Notes under the pieces: generated by a model
Told to the model about the DNA's origin: nothing
Seen by the model: the letters and a program-made list of their open reading frames with translations, nothing else
The model's database searches: none
Part shown: in pieces, positions 43,705-54,132 of the stretch
How the letters are laid out: every line of letters starts with the position of its first letter
How positions within the stretch are numbered: position 1 is the stretch's first letter
IMG/VR virus record: IMGVR_UViG_3300046777_001715
Coordinates: 1-64,000 of that record
DNA from: a virus
Reading direction: 5' to 3' (one strand)
DNA: 64,000 bases
Translations under genes and position numbers: made by a program

Positions 43705-45996
43705 ATGGCATACAGACAATATGGAAACGTAATAAATACACTAAATATAAAAGCTAAAAATATATTTAATTGGAACACTAATTATCCAGATACATACGGA
43801 TACACAAATTTAAACTCAGTAAATGCCCACACAATTATTAAAAGATCTGGAATTAAAGTTGCTACTGGTACAGGGCAACTTCTTGGATTCGTGCCTTCTT
43901 TAATTGGACTAAATTTTGACACAGCATCACTTATTCTTAGAAATGCTGGATTCACACCAGACCCAAACTATATATTTTCAAATAGTATAGGCTTTCAGCA
44001 ATATCTTGCTCAGGGTGGTTATGTTTCTGCACAGGCCCCCGCACCTTCATCATCTTCTGGAACACTTCTGGCTTTTGGTTCTAGCGTTAGAATGGACGTA
44101 ATCCTTTATACAACAAATCCAATTGATAACAGCACTGTTCCAAATGCACCGTTATGGTCAAACGCAACATCTGGAGATTCTTCTGTTACTTTAACATTTT
44201 TAACACCAGCAAACGGTGGCTCACCAATTACAAGATATGAATATTCTATAACAAACGGAGCAACTTGGATAAATGTAAATCTTCCAATAGATAACACGTT
44301 TACGGTTTCAAGTTTAAGTAATGGAGTTAATTACACTTTTTATATTAGAGCAGTTAATGCTAAAGGAAACTCTGCATCATCTTCTGGTGTAACTAAAGCT
44401 CCTAGCAGCGGAAGTGGTGGAGGTCAGCTAACTGTTCCAGGCGCACCAACATTTACAGTGTCATTTATTACCAACACATCATTTAGAATTGATTTAACTC
44501 CACCAACAAATAACGGCGGAGCAGAAATTATTAGATACCAGCATACATTAGATAATGGAGTTAGCTGGACAAATGATTTTACAAATACAGGACCAATTAC
44601 AGTTTCTTCATTAAGCCCAGGTTCAACTTTTCAGGTTGGATTAAGAGCTGTTAACTCTGTTGGAAGCGGAAATTCAAGTCCTATACAATCTGTATCAACA
44701 ACACAAGTAGTTCCAGATCTTACTGGTATATCTGTAAACTCAGCCAAATCAATTATTACAGCTTCTGGTTATGTATATGGAGATGGAACAATCTCTGCTT
44801 CAAATAACCAATTTTTTCTTGATTATCCTGGAGGGTATGTTACAGCACAATCTCCAACGGCAGGAGCAACCTTAGCTGGCGGCGGAACAGTAAGACTTGA
44901 CTTTACTCAATATTTGTCAGCACCATCTTTTGGAACGGTTCCAAACGTTATTGGCCTAACTCTTTCAGAGGCAGTTACAAGAATACAGCAGGCTGGATAT
45001 TCAAATATATCTTATGTTACAACTTCAGATCCAAACAGAGTCTATCAACAGATTTATGCACAAAACCCAGTTTCTGGAACAGCAGCACTTGTTAATACTC
45101 AAATTACAATTAGTTATTCAGATTATACTGGATCAATTGCAATTCCAACTAATACAGTTCTTCCAAGTATTACATATGACAATCTTTATATTGGCTCAAG
45201 ATTTGCTGCCGTTCCTGGATCTTGGACAGACAGCCCTACATCCTACGCATATCAGTGGTTTGACTCAAACGGAAACAATTTTATAAACGCCACAAGCGCA
45301 ACGTTTATTGCAGGTGCTTCAGCAATTTCTAGATCGGTAAGATTAAAGCTTGCAGCAACAAATGCAGTTGGAACAAGCTCATACGTTTCAGCATTAAATT
45401 CCTACGGACCAATTAAAGATTTATTTCAGCCAACATCAATTGAATATGGACTAACAAATCCAAGACAAAAAACACAGCTTAATATAAGATGGTCTGGAGG
45501 AGACGCTCCATTTTATTTTGTTGGTGTGTATAAACCAGGCACCTCTTCTTATGTAACAACTAGAATTGTTACAACAGAATCAGCTTCAATAACAGGACTT
45601 TTTGAAGGGACAAATTATTACATTCAAATTTTTGCCAACAATAACAATGAATATTCAACTGGTTCAAAAACAAGTCAAGTTTTGTCAACTGTGTATCCAG
45701 CCGCCTCAGCAACACCAGTTCTAAATACAGCCACAAAGTCTGGAAATGCAATTAATTTTACAGCAACAAAAGGTTCTAATACTGGAGCTCTTTATATGAT
45801 ATTGGAAACAACATCTGGGGGTTCCGTGTCTAATGCAGTTGCTCAATATTTTGGATATGATCAGTCCACAAACAGTGTTTCTGGTTCATACGATATAACA
45901 AATATTGAATCTGGAACATACAGGCTAACTGCTTATGGATGGAATGAAGACTACAATACTTCATTAGCTGGTTCTTCTGTACAACTTACGATATAA
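43705..45996 (+). CDS. PASTA and fibronectin type III domain virion protein
   Basis: VPSLIGL, VPDLTG, VPNVIGL PASTA units; NGGSPITRY...RAVN..G FN3 units. Confidence 0.85.
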   Translation: MAYRQYGNVINTLNIKAKNIFNWNTNYPDTYGYTNLNSVNAHTIIKRSGIKVATGTGQLLGFVPSLIGLNFDTASLILRNAGFTPDPNYIFSNSIGFQQYLAQGGYVSAQAPAPSSSSGTLLAFGSSVRMDVILYTTNPIDNSTVPNAPLWSNATSGDSSVTLTFLTPANGGSPITRYEYSITNGATWINVNLPIDNTFTVSSLSNGVNYTFYIRAVNAKGNSASSSGVTKAPSSGSGGGQLTVPGAPTFTVSFITNTSFRIDLTPPTNNGGAEIIRYQHTLDNGVSWTNDFTNTGPITVSSLSPGSTFQVGLRAVNSVGSGNSSPIQSVSTTQVVPDLTGISVNSAKSIITASGYVYGDGTISASNNQFFLDYPGGYVTAQSPTAGATLAGGGTVRLDFTQYLSAPSFGTVPNVIGLTLSEAVTRIQQAGYSNISYVTTSDPNRVYQQIYAQNPVSGTAALVNTQITISYSDYTGSIAIPTNTVLPSITYDNLYIGSRFAAVPGSWTDSPTSYAYQWFDSNGNNFINATSATFIAGASAISRSVRLKLAATNAVGTSSYVSALNSYGPIKDLFQPTSIEYGLTNPRQKTQLNIRWSGGDAPFYFVGVYKPGTSSYVTTRIVTTESASITGLFEGTNYYIQIFANNNNEYSTGSKTSQVLSTVYPAASATPVLNTATKSGNAINFTATKGSNTGALYMILETTSGGSVSNAVAQYFGYDQSTNSVSGSYDITNIESGTYRLTAYGWNEDYNTSLAGSSVQLTI

Positions 45997-46005
45997 TGGA
46001 GAGAT

Positions 46006-47760
46006 ATGTCATACTATCTAAATGTAATAAAAGATAATCCACTAGGCCTCTGGCCACTGGATGAGTCTGTATTTACAACAGCAAATGATATCTCTGGGTG
46101 CGGAAACCACGGATTGTACAACGGAACATTTAATTCAAATATAATGCCACTGGTGTATGGAGGATCCTTTGCTACAAAAATTACCAACACCTCTTCTATT
46201 TCTTATAACACAAATAAAAACTTTTATAAAAACGTTGGATTTGGAGGCTTTGCAACATCCGAATATTCAGACAATGATTTTTCTTTAGAGATATGGTTTA
46301 AGCAGAATATATCTACCTCTGAGCTTACTCCAATTTTGGGAGATCCTACAAATTCTATCGGCTTGTTTTATAAAGACGGAAATATAATTTTTTCTTTAGG
46401 TGTGGAGTCTTTAACCCACAAACTTTCTTTTTCACAAAAATCAATGCATATTGTTGCCAAATATAATGTTCGCACAATGGAAATTTATATTGACGGTACA
46501 CTTGTGTCCTCAAAGTCTTTGTATAACTTTAAGTTTGCTAATACCTCGGTTTCATTTATTTCTGGCCCAACAACAAACGTTCTAGATAGCTTTCTTGTAG
46601 ATGCTCCAGCAATTTATAGATATGGACTTTCAGAAATGCAAGTCTACAAGCATTACTATGCTGGCCTAGATCATACTCAGCCAGTCCATGTTGTTGCTCC
46701 AGACGATGGTTTGCTTTTGGGATTGCATGGCCAAAACATTGCACCAATATTTGTTTATGAATATACTAAAGATTCTCAGTGGCAATTATTCTTAGATGAA
46801 AATACATATTATGACGAAAAGAAAAAATATATAGGATTTAATCAAACAGAAGCTGCAGAGCCTAAGCAATTTACAATTAATGATGTTTTCCACATACCAG
46901 CTGGAATACCAATTGTATCTTCCAAAGTTGAATGGAGGGGGGATAAAAATGTTTCTGTGGAAACATCTTTAGATGGCATAACTTATGAACCATGCATAAA
47001 TGGATCATCTCTTCCACAATTTAATAAAGAATCATACACTGGCAGCAACATACTTTATGTAAGAATAACTATGGTTACACAGGATGCTTCAAAAGATTTA
47101 CCAAGACTGTCTTTGTTTAAGATTTCTTTTTATTCTAAAAAAGAGTCCTATGCACATAATTATGGGTATTACGCAGAATCAAGCAAAGAATACGACCTTG
47201 CTAATTTTAGCTACCCAGTTTTACTTAGACACCCAAATGTAGGATTAAAGACAAAAGGAACTGGTGGATTTAATGTGTCTGTAGACCAAGAGATAAGATC
47301 AATTGAGTTTATGTTTACTCCGTCTTCTATTTCAAATAATACAGTTTTTTACTCTTCCCTATCTGGCTCATACCCAGAAACTAAATTTGGCTGGAATGGG
47401 TCTGGATCCCTTAAGTCTAATATATCTAAGGTTTATATAAATGGGGTAGACAAAACATCAGCCTCAAATATTCAAAATGAGTTTGTTGTGAATGAGCCAC
47501 ACCACCTAGTCCTTGTTTTTACAGACCCAATTTTAAATGTATTACAGTTTAATTATTTATCTTCCTCAAGTTATGGGCCAGCATGTAATTATCAGAACAT
47601 AGCTTTGTATAAATATGACCTATCTCAGGCATTAGTCTTAAATCACTACAACCTATATTGTGGCAAACCTGCTATCTCGTCGTCAGATTCGTCACTTCAG
47701 CTGACAGAATCTTCAGTATCAACCTACAACCAAGACTATTTAGTAGTCTCTAGCGCCTAA
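46006..47760 (+). CDS. LamG-domain minor tail/virion protein
   Basis: DNPLG.WPLDE, FSLEIWF, PAIYRY.L. Confidence 0.75.
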   Translation: MSYYLNVIKDNPLGLWPLDESVFTTANDISGCGNHGLYNGTFNSNIMPLVYGGSFATKITNTSSISYNTNKNFYKNVGFGGFATSEYSDNDFSLEIWFKQNISTSELTPILGDPTNSIGLFYKDGNIIFSLGVESLTHKLSFSQKSMHIVAKYNVRTMEIYIDGTLVSSKSLYNFKFANTSVSFISGPTTNVLDSFLVDAPAIYRYGLSEMQVYKHYYAGLDHTQPVHVVAPDDGLLLGLHGQNIAPIFVYEYTKDSQWQLFLDENTYYDEKKKYIGFNQTEAAEPKQFTINDVFHIPAGIPIVSSKVEWRGDKNVSVETSLDGITYEPCINGSSLPQFNKESYTGSNILYVRITMVTQDASKDLPRLSLFKISFYSKKESYAHNYGYYAESSKEYDLANFSYPVLLRHPNVGLKTKGTGGFNVSVDQEIRSIEFMFTPSSISNNTVFYSSLSGSYPETKFGWNGSGSLKSNISKVYINGVDKTSASNIQNEFVVNEPHHLVLVFTDPILNVLQFNYLSSSSYGPACNYQNIALYKYDLSQALVLNHYNLYCGKPAISSSDSSLQLTESSVSTYNQDYLVVSSA

Positions 47761-47820
47761 TTTTGTCATTTTAGTTGACAAGATATGGACTTATATAACA
47801 TGAAATGGTAAAATAAAACA

Positions 47821-48156
47821 ATGGACATTAAAAGCATGAAGAAGCAGATCGTCGAAGAGACGACTTTGGGCATTTACGTATGGGAAATGCCAGATGGACG
47901 ATGGATTGGTGACGACGACGGCAACTTCCTTTCTGTTACTTCAATGAAGGGCAACCGTGTAAAAATGGACATGCTTGCCAGAGAAGTCCGATCTTACGGA
48001 ATTTATGAGGGGCAGCCAAAATTTCTTTCTGGTCGCAGAAAAATTGACGACGAAGAATTTGAGTATCAAAAGCAAAGACTTGAGTGGGGCCTAGTTCCAG
48101 ATCAGTTAGATATTGGCGTCTATAAAGACGAAATGAAAAAGGCAGGAAATAGATGA
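47821..48156 (+). CDS. hypothetical protein preceding portal
   Basis: Leaderless TAAAAT-6nt-ATG. Confidence 0.75.
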   Translation: MDIKSMKKQIVEETTLGIYVWEMPDGRWIGDDDGNFLSVTSMKGNRVKMDMLAREVRSYGIYEGQPKFLSGRRKIDDEEFEYQKQRLEWGLVPDQLDIGVYKDEMKKAGNR

Positions 48157-49745
48157 AAGCTCAATACGAAGAAGACACAGAGTCCCTAGAAAACGAAATC
48201 AGATTAAGCACATATGCTGACATGGTTCGTTTTACAAAAGCTCAGGAGTCTGGATCTCCAGACGAGTTTAAGATTTCTGCAGAAGAGATGCAGAAGATGT
48301 CTGGAATGTCTCCAGCGTTTAGAAGAAAGCTTAGCAGAGAACTTTCAAAAGCTTTTACTGGAAAAGATGGGGCGGAAACACAGCAGAGCCTTTTAGCACA
48401 AGCAATCACAGGGTATGCATTCCTTGATGTTATTGAGCCAGTATATAACCTAGAATACCTTTCAAGACTTTACGAAATCTCTACATATAATTATGCAGCA
48501 TGTAATGCTAAAACCTCAAACATTGTTGGTCTAGGATATCAATTTTTAGAAACAAGAAAAACAAACGATGCGCTTGATGGAATCAGCGATGAGAAGCAGT
48601 TGGAAAGAGCACGTAGAAAGCTTTCAAAGCTTAAGCAAGATCTTCAAGACTGGCTAGATCAGTGCAACAGTGAAGACACATTCCAAGAAACTCTGATTAA
48701 AGTCTGGACAGATTACGAAGCAACAGGTAACGGATACTTAGAAGTTGGCAGAACTGTTCGTGGAGACATTGGATATATTGGACATATTCCAGCAAAGACA
48801 ATGAGAGTCCGAAGACTAAGAGACGGATTTGTTCAGCTTCTTTTTGGTAAGATTGTTTTCTTTAGAAACTATGGAGACCAAGAAACCCCTAATCCAATTT
48901 TGGGTGGGAATGACAGGCCTAATGAAATTATTCACCTTAAGAAGTACACTCCAGTAAATCAATACTATGGAGTGCCAGACATTGTTGCAGCCCAAAACTC
49001 TTTGGCTGGAAATGAATTTGCTGCAAAGTACAACCTTGACTATTTTGAGAATAAAGCGGTTCCAAGATATATTATTACAGCAAAGGGAGCAAAGCTTTCA
49101 CCAGAGTCAGAAAGAAAGCTTCTAGAGTTTTTCCAAGTTGGACTTAAGGGAAAAAATCACAGATCCCTGTATATTCCTCTTCCAGCAGATACTCCAGAAT
49201 CTAAGGTTGAATTTAAGATGGAGCCAATTGAGGCTGGCACACAGGAAGGCTCATTTGATAAATACCGTAAGGCAAATAGAGATGAAATGCTATTGGCTCA
49301 CCGTGTTCCAATTAACAAGGTTGGAACTCCAGAGGGGGTTAATTTAGCGGTAGCCCGTGATGCAGATAAGACATTTAAAGAGCAGGTATGTCGTCCAGCA
49401 CAGATGAGACTTGAAAAGAAATTAAATGCAATTATCGAAGAAAAGACGGATGCTCTAGTAATTAAATTTAATGAGTTAAGTCTTACTGATGAAGATACTC
49501 AGTCTAAGATTGACGAGAGATATTTGAGAATGCAGGTAATTACCCCTAATGAAGTTAGAATTAGAAAGGGTATGATCCCTCTAGACGGAGGAGACGAAGT
49601 CGTAGATTTAAAGGGTGAAGCTGCTGCAGAGCAAACAGCTCAGGCTGGAAAAACTAGAGCCAGAGATGGAGAAAGAGCAGCAAATTCCCCAGATAAATCT
49701 GGAGAAGGTAGAAATGCAAAGGGCGACGGAAGGCAAGTAGAGTAA
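48153..49745 (+). CDS. portal protein
   Basis: TGNGYLE, EIIH.K, YYGVP, YFEN.A.P, TPNEVR. Confidence 0.9.
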   Translation: MKAQYEEDTESLENEIRLSTYADMVRFTKAQESGSPDEFKISAEEMQKMSGMSPAFRRKLSRELSKAFTGKDGAETQQSLLAQAITGYAFLDVIEPVYNLEYLSRLYEISTYNYAACNAKTSNIVGLGYQFLETRKTNDALDGISDEKQLERARRKLSKLKQDLQDWLDQCNSEDTFQETLIKVWTDYEATGNGYLEVGRTVRGDIGYIGHIPAKTMRVRRLRDGFVQLLFGKIVFFRNYGDQETPNPILGGNDRPNEIIHLKKYTPVNQYYGVPDIVAAQNSLAGNEFAAKYNLDYFENKAVPRYIITAKGAKLSPESERKLLEFFQVGLKGKNHRSLYIPLPADTPESKVEFKMEPIEAGTQEGSFDKYRKANRDEMLLAHRVPINKVGTPEGVNLAVARDADKTFKEQVCRPAQMRLEKKLNAIIEEKTDALVIKFNELSLTDEDTQSKIDERYLRMQVITPNEVRIRKGMIPLDGGDEVVDLKGEAAAEQTAQAGKTRARDGERAANSPDKSGEGRNAKGDGRQVE

Positions 49746-49803
49746 GGATTTTAGTCAATCATTATTTGCCTTTTTAAGCACAGATTGATAAACTTTATAC
49801 AGT

Positions 49804-51132
49804 ATGAACATTGAAAAAACAAATTGGTCTAGTAATGGCAATCGCCTGTCTATAGGCGTCCCATTTAGCAAGGTCAATAAAGAAAATAGAACTGTTTCAG
49901 GTTTTGCTACATTGAACAATGTAGACCAAACAGGCGATGTTGTCACAGCGGAAGCGAGCCTTAAAGCGTTTGAAAACTTTAGAGGCAACATTCGTGAAAT
50001 GCATCAGCCAATTGCCGTAGGCAAGATTTTGTCATTTAAGTCAGAGACATTCTTTGATCCAATCTCAAAATCATTCTATGATGGAATTTGGGTGAGTACA
50101 TACATTTCAAAGGGTGCTCAAGCAACTTGGGAAAAAGTGCTTGATGGCACTCTTTCTGGTTTCTCTATTGGCGGCAGAATTAATGATGCAGACACAGAGG
50201 TAAACAAGTCAAACGGTGAGTCTGTAAGATTTATTAAAGATTACGATCTTGTCGAGCTTTCTCTTGTAGACTCTCCAGCAAACGAACTTTGCAATGTTCT
50301 TTCAATTGAAAAGGTAAACGGTCAATTGGTATTTAAAGGTCTTGCAGCAGAAACATTGGCGGCTAATGTATTTTTCTGTTCATCAGACAACATCGTTGTT
50401 TCAGAGACTGTTGAGTCTCGTGATTGCACAGCGTGTGGCAATTCAATGGAGATTATTGGTTGGGTTGAAAACAATGAGGTTAATAAGGCGGACGCAGTTC
50501 GTTACGTATACGAACAACATATAAATAAGATTTCTAGTTCTGCAAATGAACTTGAAAACAACACCGAAGTAAATAAAGGAGGTACAACAATGTCAGAAGA
50601 AACAACAATGACAGAAGAAACAACAGTTGATGCACCAGTCGCAGAAGCAGTAGCAGAAGCTCCAGTAGCAGAAGCACCAGCAGCAGAAGAGGCGCCAGCA
50701 GTTGCAGAAGAATCAGCACCAGCTGAGGATTCAGTTGCCGCCGATACCGCAGGAGAACCAGCAGCAGAAGCAGCTTCAGAAGAGCTTGATTTTGCAAAGA
50801 TGCTAGGGGACCTTAAGGGCTTCTTGTCCGATACACTTAGCAAGGCAGCAGAAACAAATGCAGCACAGGTTGCAGAAGTTAAAAACACTGTGGAGTCCTT
50901 TAGCAAGAGTGTTGAAGCAAGAATCGTCGATTTGGCAGAACAGCACAATAATTTAAGCGAGACCGTAAAGGGTATTCGTGAAACAATCGGTTCAGTAGAA
51001 AAAAGAATCGACGCAGTAGAGGGCGAGACTGCAATTAAGAAGTCTGCTGACCTTGGCGGGTCAACAGAGTTTGTAAAGAAATCAAAATGGAGCGGCGCTT
51101 TCCTCGGTTCCGTGAACGACATTCTAAATTAA
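49804..51132 (+). CDS. prohead protease with C-terminal scaffold domain
   Basis: GFAT..VD..GD, EMH, GFSIGG, ELSLVDSPAN; acidic/coiled-coil tail. Confidence 0.88.
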   Translation: MNIEKTNWSSNGNRLSIGVPFSKVNKENRTVSGFATLNNVDQTGDVVTAEASLKAFENFRGNIREMHQPIAVGKILSFKSETFFDPISKSFYDGIWVSTYISKGAQATWEKVLDGTLSGFSIGGRINDADTEVNKSNGESVRFIKDYDLVELSLVDSPANELCNVLSIEKVNGQLVFKGLAAETLAANVFFCSSDNIVVSETVESRDCTACGNSMEIIGWVENNEVNKADAVRYVYEQHINKISSSANELENNTEVNKGGTTMSEETTMTEETTVDAPVAEAVAEAPVAEAPAAEEAPAVAEESAPAEDSVAADTAGEPAAEAASEELDFAKMLGDLKGFLSDTLSKAAETNAAQVAEVKNTVESFSKSVEARIVDLAEQHNNLSETVKGIRETIGSVEKRIDAVEGETAIKKSADLGGSTEFVKKSKWSGAFLGSVNDILN

Positions 51133-51152
51133 AAAGGCAGGTGAAAAAATAA

Positions 51153-52202
51153 ATGAGCAATGAACTATTAGAAAAGGCAGTAGCAGCAAATACTACTGTA
51201 TCTACAGGCATGAACGGTGGATCCATTACAGGATCTGGCATTCACGTCGGAGCTACCCAAACAGGTGGTCTCCTCAACCCAGAGCAGTCAGCTCGCTTTC
51301 TAGATTATGTATTTGATGCAACCGTTATCGGTAAAGTAGCACGTACAGTTAGAATGAAGGCAGACACAACTGAGATTGATCGTATCGGAGTAGGCGAGAA
51401 GTTGATGAGAGTCGCTTCAGAAGCTGAAGATACAGGATCAAACGCAGGCGTTACATTCTCCAAGATTTCTTTGACCACAAAGAAGCTTCGTCTTGATTGG
51501 GAACTCTCAACAGAGTCTCTAGAAGACAACATCGAAGGTCCAGATCTTGAAGATCATATTGCACGTCTTATGGCAACACAGGCAGGTAACGACATTGAAG
51601 ACCTAGTCCTCAATGGAGATTCCTCACTATCATCAGATAACCTATACAAGGCATTTGATGGTGTTGTTAAGAGAGCAAAGGGCAATGGACATGTTGTAGA
51701 TGCAGCGGGAGCTAATATCTCTCGTGCAGTATTCAACAGCGCACTTAAGGCACTTCCACGTAAGTACAAGCAACGTCGTACAGACCTACGCTTCCTTGCA
51801 GGATCTAACCTTATTCAGGACTTCCTATACCAGCAAAGCATTGGTACAAATCAGACAATCCCACAAGATATCGCATCAAGCGTTATCCGTGGCGATGTGG
51901 CTCCACTTGGTGGACCAGCTGGTTATGTAGCACCATTTGCATTCGGTATTCCAATTGTTGAAGTTCCACTTCTAAAGGAAACTCAAACTGGTACACATAC
52001 AGGTGCATCAGGAGATCATGGTGACATCCACCTTTCATTCCCAAATAACGTAGTTATTGGAATTAAGCGTGATGTAACTGTATACAGATTCTTCTGGCCA
52101 CGTAAGGACTCAGTTGAGTACACACTCTACACTCGTGTAGGCGTTCAGATTGAACAAGCAGATGCTTGGGTAGTCGTAAAGAACGTTAAGGTAGCTTCTT
52201 AA
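51153..52202 (+). CDS. major capsid protein (HK97 fold)
   Basis: GGLLNPEQ..RF, EDNIEG, position after protease. Confidence 0.9.
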   Translation: MSNELLEKAVAANTTVSTGMNGGSITGSGIHVGATQTGGLLNPEQSARFLDYVFDATVIGKVARTVRMKADTTEIDRIGVGEKLMRVASEAEDTGSNAGVTFSKISLTTKKLRLDWELSTESLEDNIEGPDLEDHIARLMATQAGNDIEDLVLNGDSSLSSDNLYKAFDGVVKRAKGNGHVVDAAGANISRAVFNSALKALPRKYKQRRTDLRFLAGSNLIQDFLYQQSIGTNQTIPQDIASSVIRGDVAPLGGPAGYVAPFAFGIPIVEVPLLKETQTGTHTGASGDHGDIHLSFPNNVVIGIKRDVTVYRFFWPRKDSVEYTLYTRVGVQIEQADAWVVVKNVKVAS

Positions 52203-52220
52203 TTTAAGGAATTACTATTA

Positions 52221-52251
52221 AAGACCCCTGGAATTTAATTTCGGGGGTCTT
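52221..52251 (+). terminator. intrinsic terminator after capsid gene
   Basis: AAGACCCC...GGGGTCTT plus T-tract. Confidence 0.75.
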
Positions 52252-52300
52252 TACCTTTTAACATTCAAATGCTATAATTAATGAGAACAAAGGAGAATGT

Positions 52301-52699
52301 ATGTCATTCACGACATTAAAAATTGCTGAGCTTCGTCAAATTGCCGAAGATTTTGCAGTTGATTTACCAAACTCAAAGAACAAAGCGGAAATCGTTGCAG
52401 CCCTCGCAGAAGAAGGCGTTACATGGGATGTATACCAAAAAACAATTAAAAATATTGAAGAAGAAGCAGTAGAGATGGAAGAGGTCCTTCCAAAGTTTGA
52501 CCCAAAGAAGGAGCAGCCAGAGAATACTGTTCTCGTAAAGATGACAAGAGCTAACTTTAGATATGACGCCCTTGGATTCACATTTACAAAGGAACACCCA
52601 TTTGTGGCAATGCCTTCAGAGCAAGCAGAAGAAATTTTTGAAAAAGAGGAGGGTTTTCGTTTAGCAACAGCAACAGAGGTTCAAGACTTCTACGCTTAA
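52301..52699 (+). CDS. Rho-N/HeH-like domain head-associated protein
   Basis: LKIAELRQIA....K.EIV..L. Confidence 0.65.
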   Translation: MSFTTLKIAELRQIAEDFAVDLPNSKNKAEIVAALAEEGVTWDVYQKTIKNIEEEAVEMEEVLPKFDPKKEQPENTVLVKMTRANFRYDALGFTFTKEHPFVAMPSEQAEEIFEKEEGFRLATATEVQDFYA

Positions 52700-52711
52700 C
52701 GAAAATTTAAA

Positions 52712-53704
52712 ATGGCAGAATTATATGTAAACAGTAACGGAGCAATTCGTCAAAAAATTTACTGGGGAGGTCAGCCAGTAGATGCAGACGGAAACGTAAC
52801 CGTTACTGTTTACGATATAACCGAAGATCCAGCCATTAGCCCATCAATTAATCCAGCAGTGGCAATTGGAACATATACTGCTACTAACCTAGAAACAGAT
52901 AATGGCAACTATGAGCTGGTTATGCCTTTTTCAATTACCTCTAGAAATAGAAAGTTAAAACTTGTTTGGTCGTACCAGGTTCAAGGAAACGCTGGTTCAA
53001 ATACAACTCATGTAGATGTTGTTACGCCGTATGTAAATATTTCAGAAGCAATAGATGCTCTTGGAATTGGCGTTGACCCAAGCGATGAAAATTACAAGTC
53101 ATACGAAGAGCTAATGCTTGCAGAAAAATATGCAAGAAAGCTAATTGAAAGCTATACAAATGATTTATTCTATACTTATGATGATGCTGTTACAGTATAC
53201 GGCGGCGGAGATGATTCATTACAGACCCTTTATAAGGTTAACGAGCTTCATGAAGTGTATGCAAATGACATATTGTTAATTGACAATCCAAACAATGTTA
53301 ATAATATTGGATACGATTTAATTCCAGTTTCTAGCGGATATGGAATTAAGGTTGATCGTGGAGCGGCTTTAAATAGAGACAACACAGTCTATCTTGCAAA
53401 CGGAATGGTTTCTCCAACCGTGTACGATATCGGATTTCAAGGGTTCTTTCAAAAAAATGTAGCATATAGAATTCAGGGTAAATTTGGCTGGGACTATGTT
53501 CCAGACGAGGTATCAATTGCAACAATTGAATTGATGAAAGATTTCTTTAATAAAGATACTCAATGGAAGCACAAATACGTAAAAAATATACAGACATTTG
53601 ACTGGCAATTTGAATTTGACCCACAGGTCTATAATGGAACAGGAAACTTTTTTGTAGATAATATCCTTTCTGGATATGTTATCAAGCAGATGCTGGTGAT
53701 CTAA
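52712..53704 (+). CDS. head-to-tail adaptor
   Basis: AR..IE.YT, FGW..VP.EV..A; synteny. Confidence 0.75.
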   Translation: MAELYVNSNGAIRQKIYWGGQPVDADGNVTVTVYDITEDPAISPSINPAVAIGTYTATNLETDNGNYELVMPFSITSRNRKLKLVWSYQVQGNAGSNTTHVDVVTPYVNISEAIDALGIGVDPSDENYKSYEELMLAEKYARKLIESYTNDLFYTYDDAVTVYGGGDDSLQTLYKVNELHEVYANDILLIDNPNNVNNIGYDLIPVSSGYGIKVDRGAALNRDNTVYLANGMVSPTVYDIGFQGFFQKNVAYRIQGKFGWDYVPDEVSIATIELMKDFFNKDTQWKHKYVKNIQTFDWQFEFDPQVYNGTGNFFVDNILSGYVIKQMLVI

Positions 53705-54132
53705 TGAGCGTAGACCTAGTTGGCTCAATTCTGTCAATGAAGGCAGATGTTTACTCTCAGATGGATTCTCAAGATGAAGACACTGGCGCACTCAGAAAAA
53801 CTTGGGCTTTTACAAAAACAGTCTCGTGCTTTGCCAAGGGAAGTATCAGCTCTACTGGTGGTCGTGGGTCGGATAAACAAAAGTATGCAACCAGATTTAA
53901 AGACACTGAGGCTATTCAAATTCGTGTAGATCAATTTGTTTCGCATAGAGATAAAATAACTAATATTAGAAATAATGAAGGCAAGGTTATTTGGTTTGAA
54001 TTAAATTATCCAACGAATACGCCAACAGTATTTGAGATAGTTGGGAATACCCCAATTACTGATCCATTTGGAAATGTGCTTGGATATAATCTTTTAGCAC
54101 AGAGATCGGAGAATCAGACAATTGGCGAGTAA
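53704..54132 (+). CDS. head-to-tail stopper
   Basis: Synteny and size. Confidence 0.65.
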   Translation: MSVDLVGSILSMKADVYSQMDSQDEDTGALRKTWAFTKTVSCFAKGSISSTGGRGSDKQKYATRFKDTEAIQIRVDQFVSHRDKITNIRNNEGKVIWFELNYPTNTPTVFEIVGNTPITDPFGNVLGYNLLAQRSENQTIGE

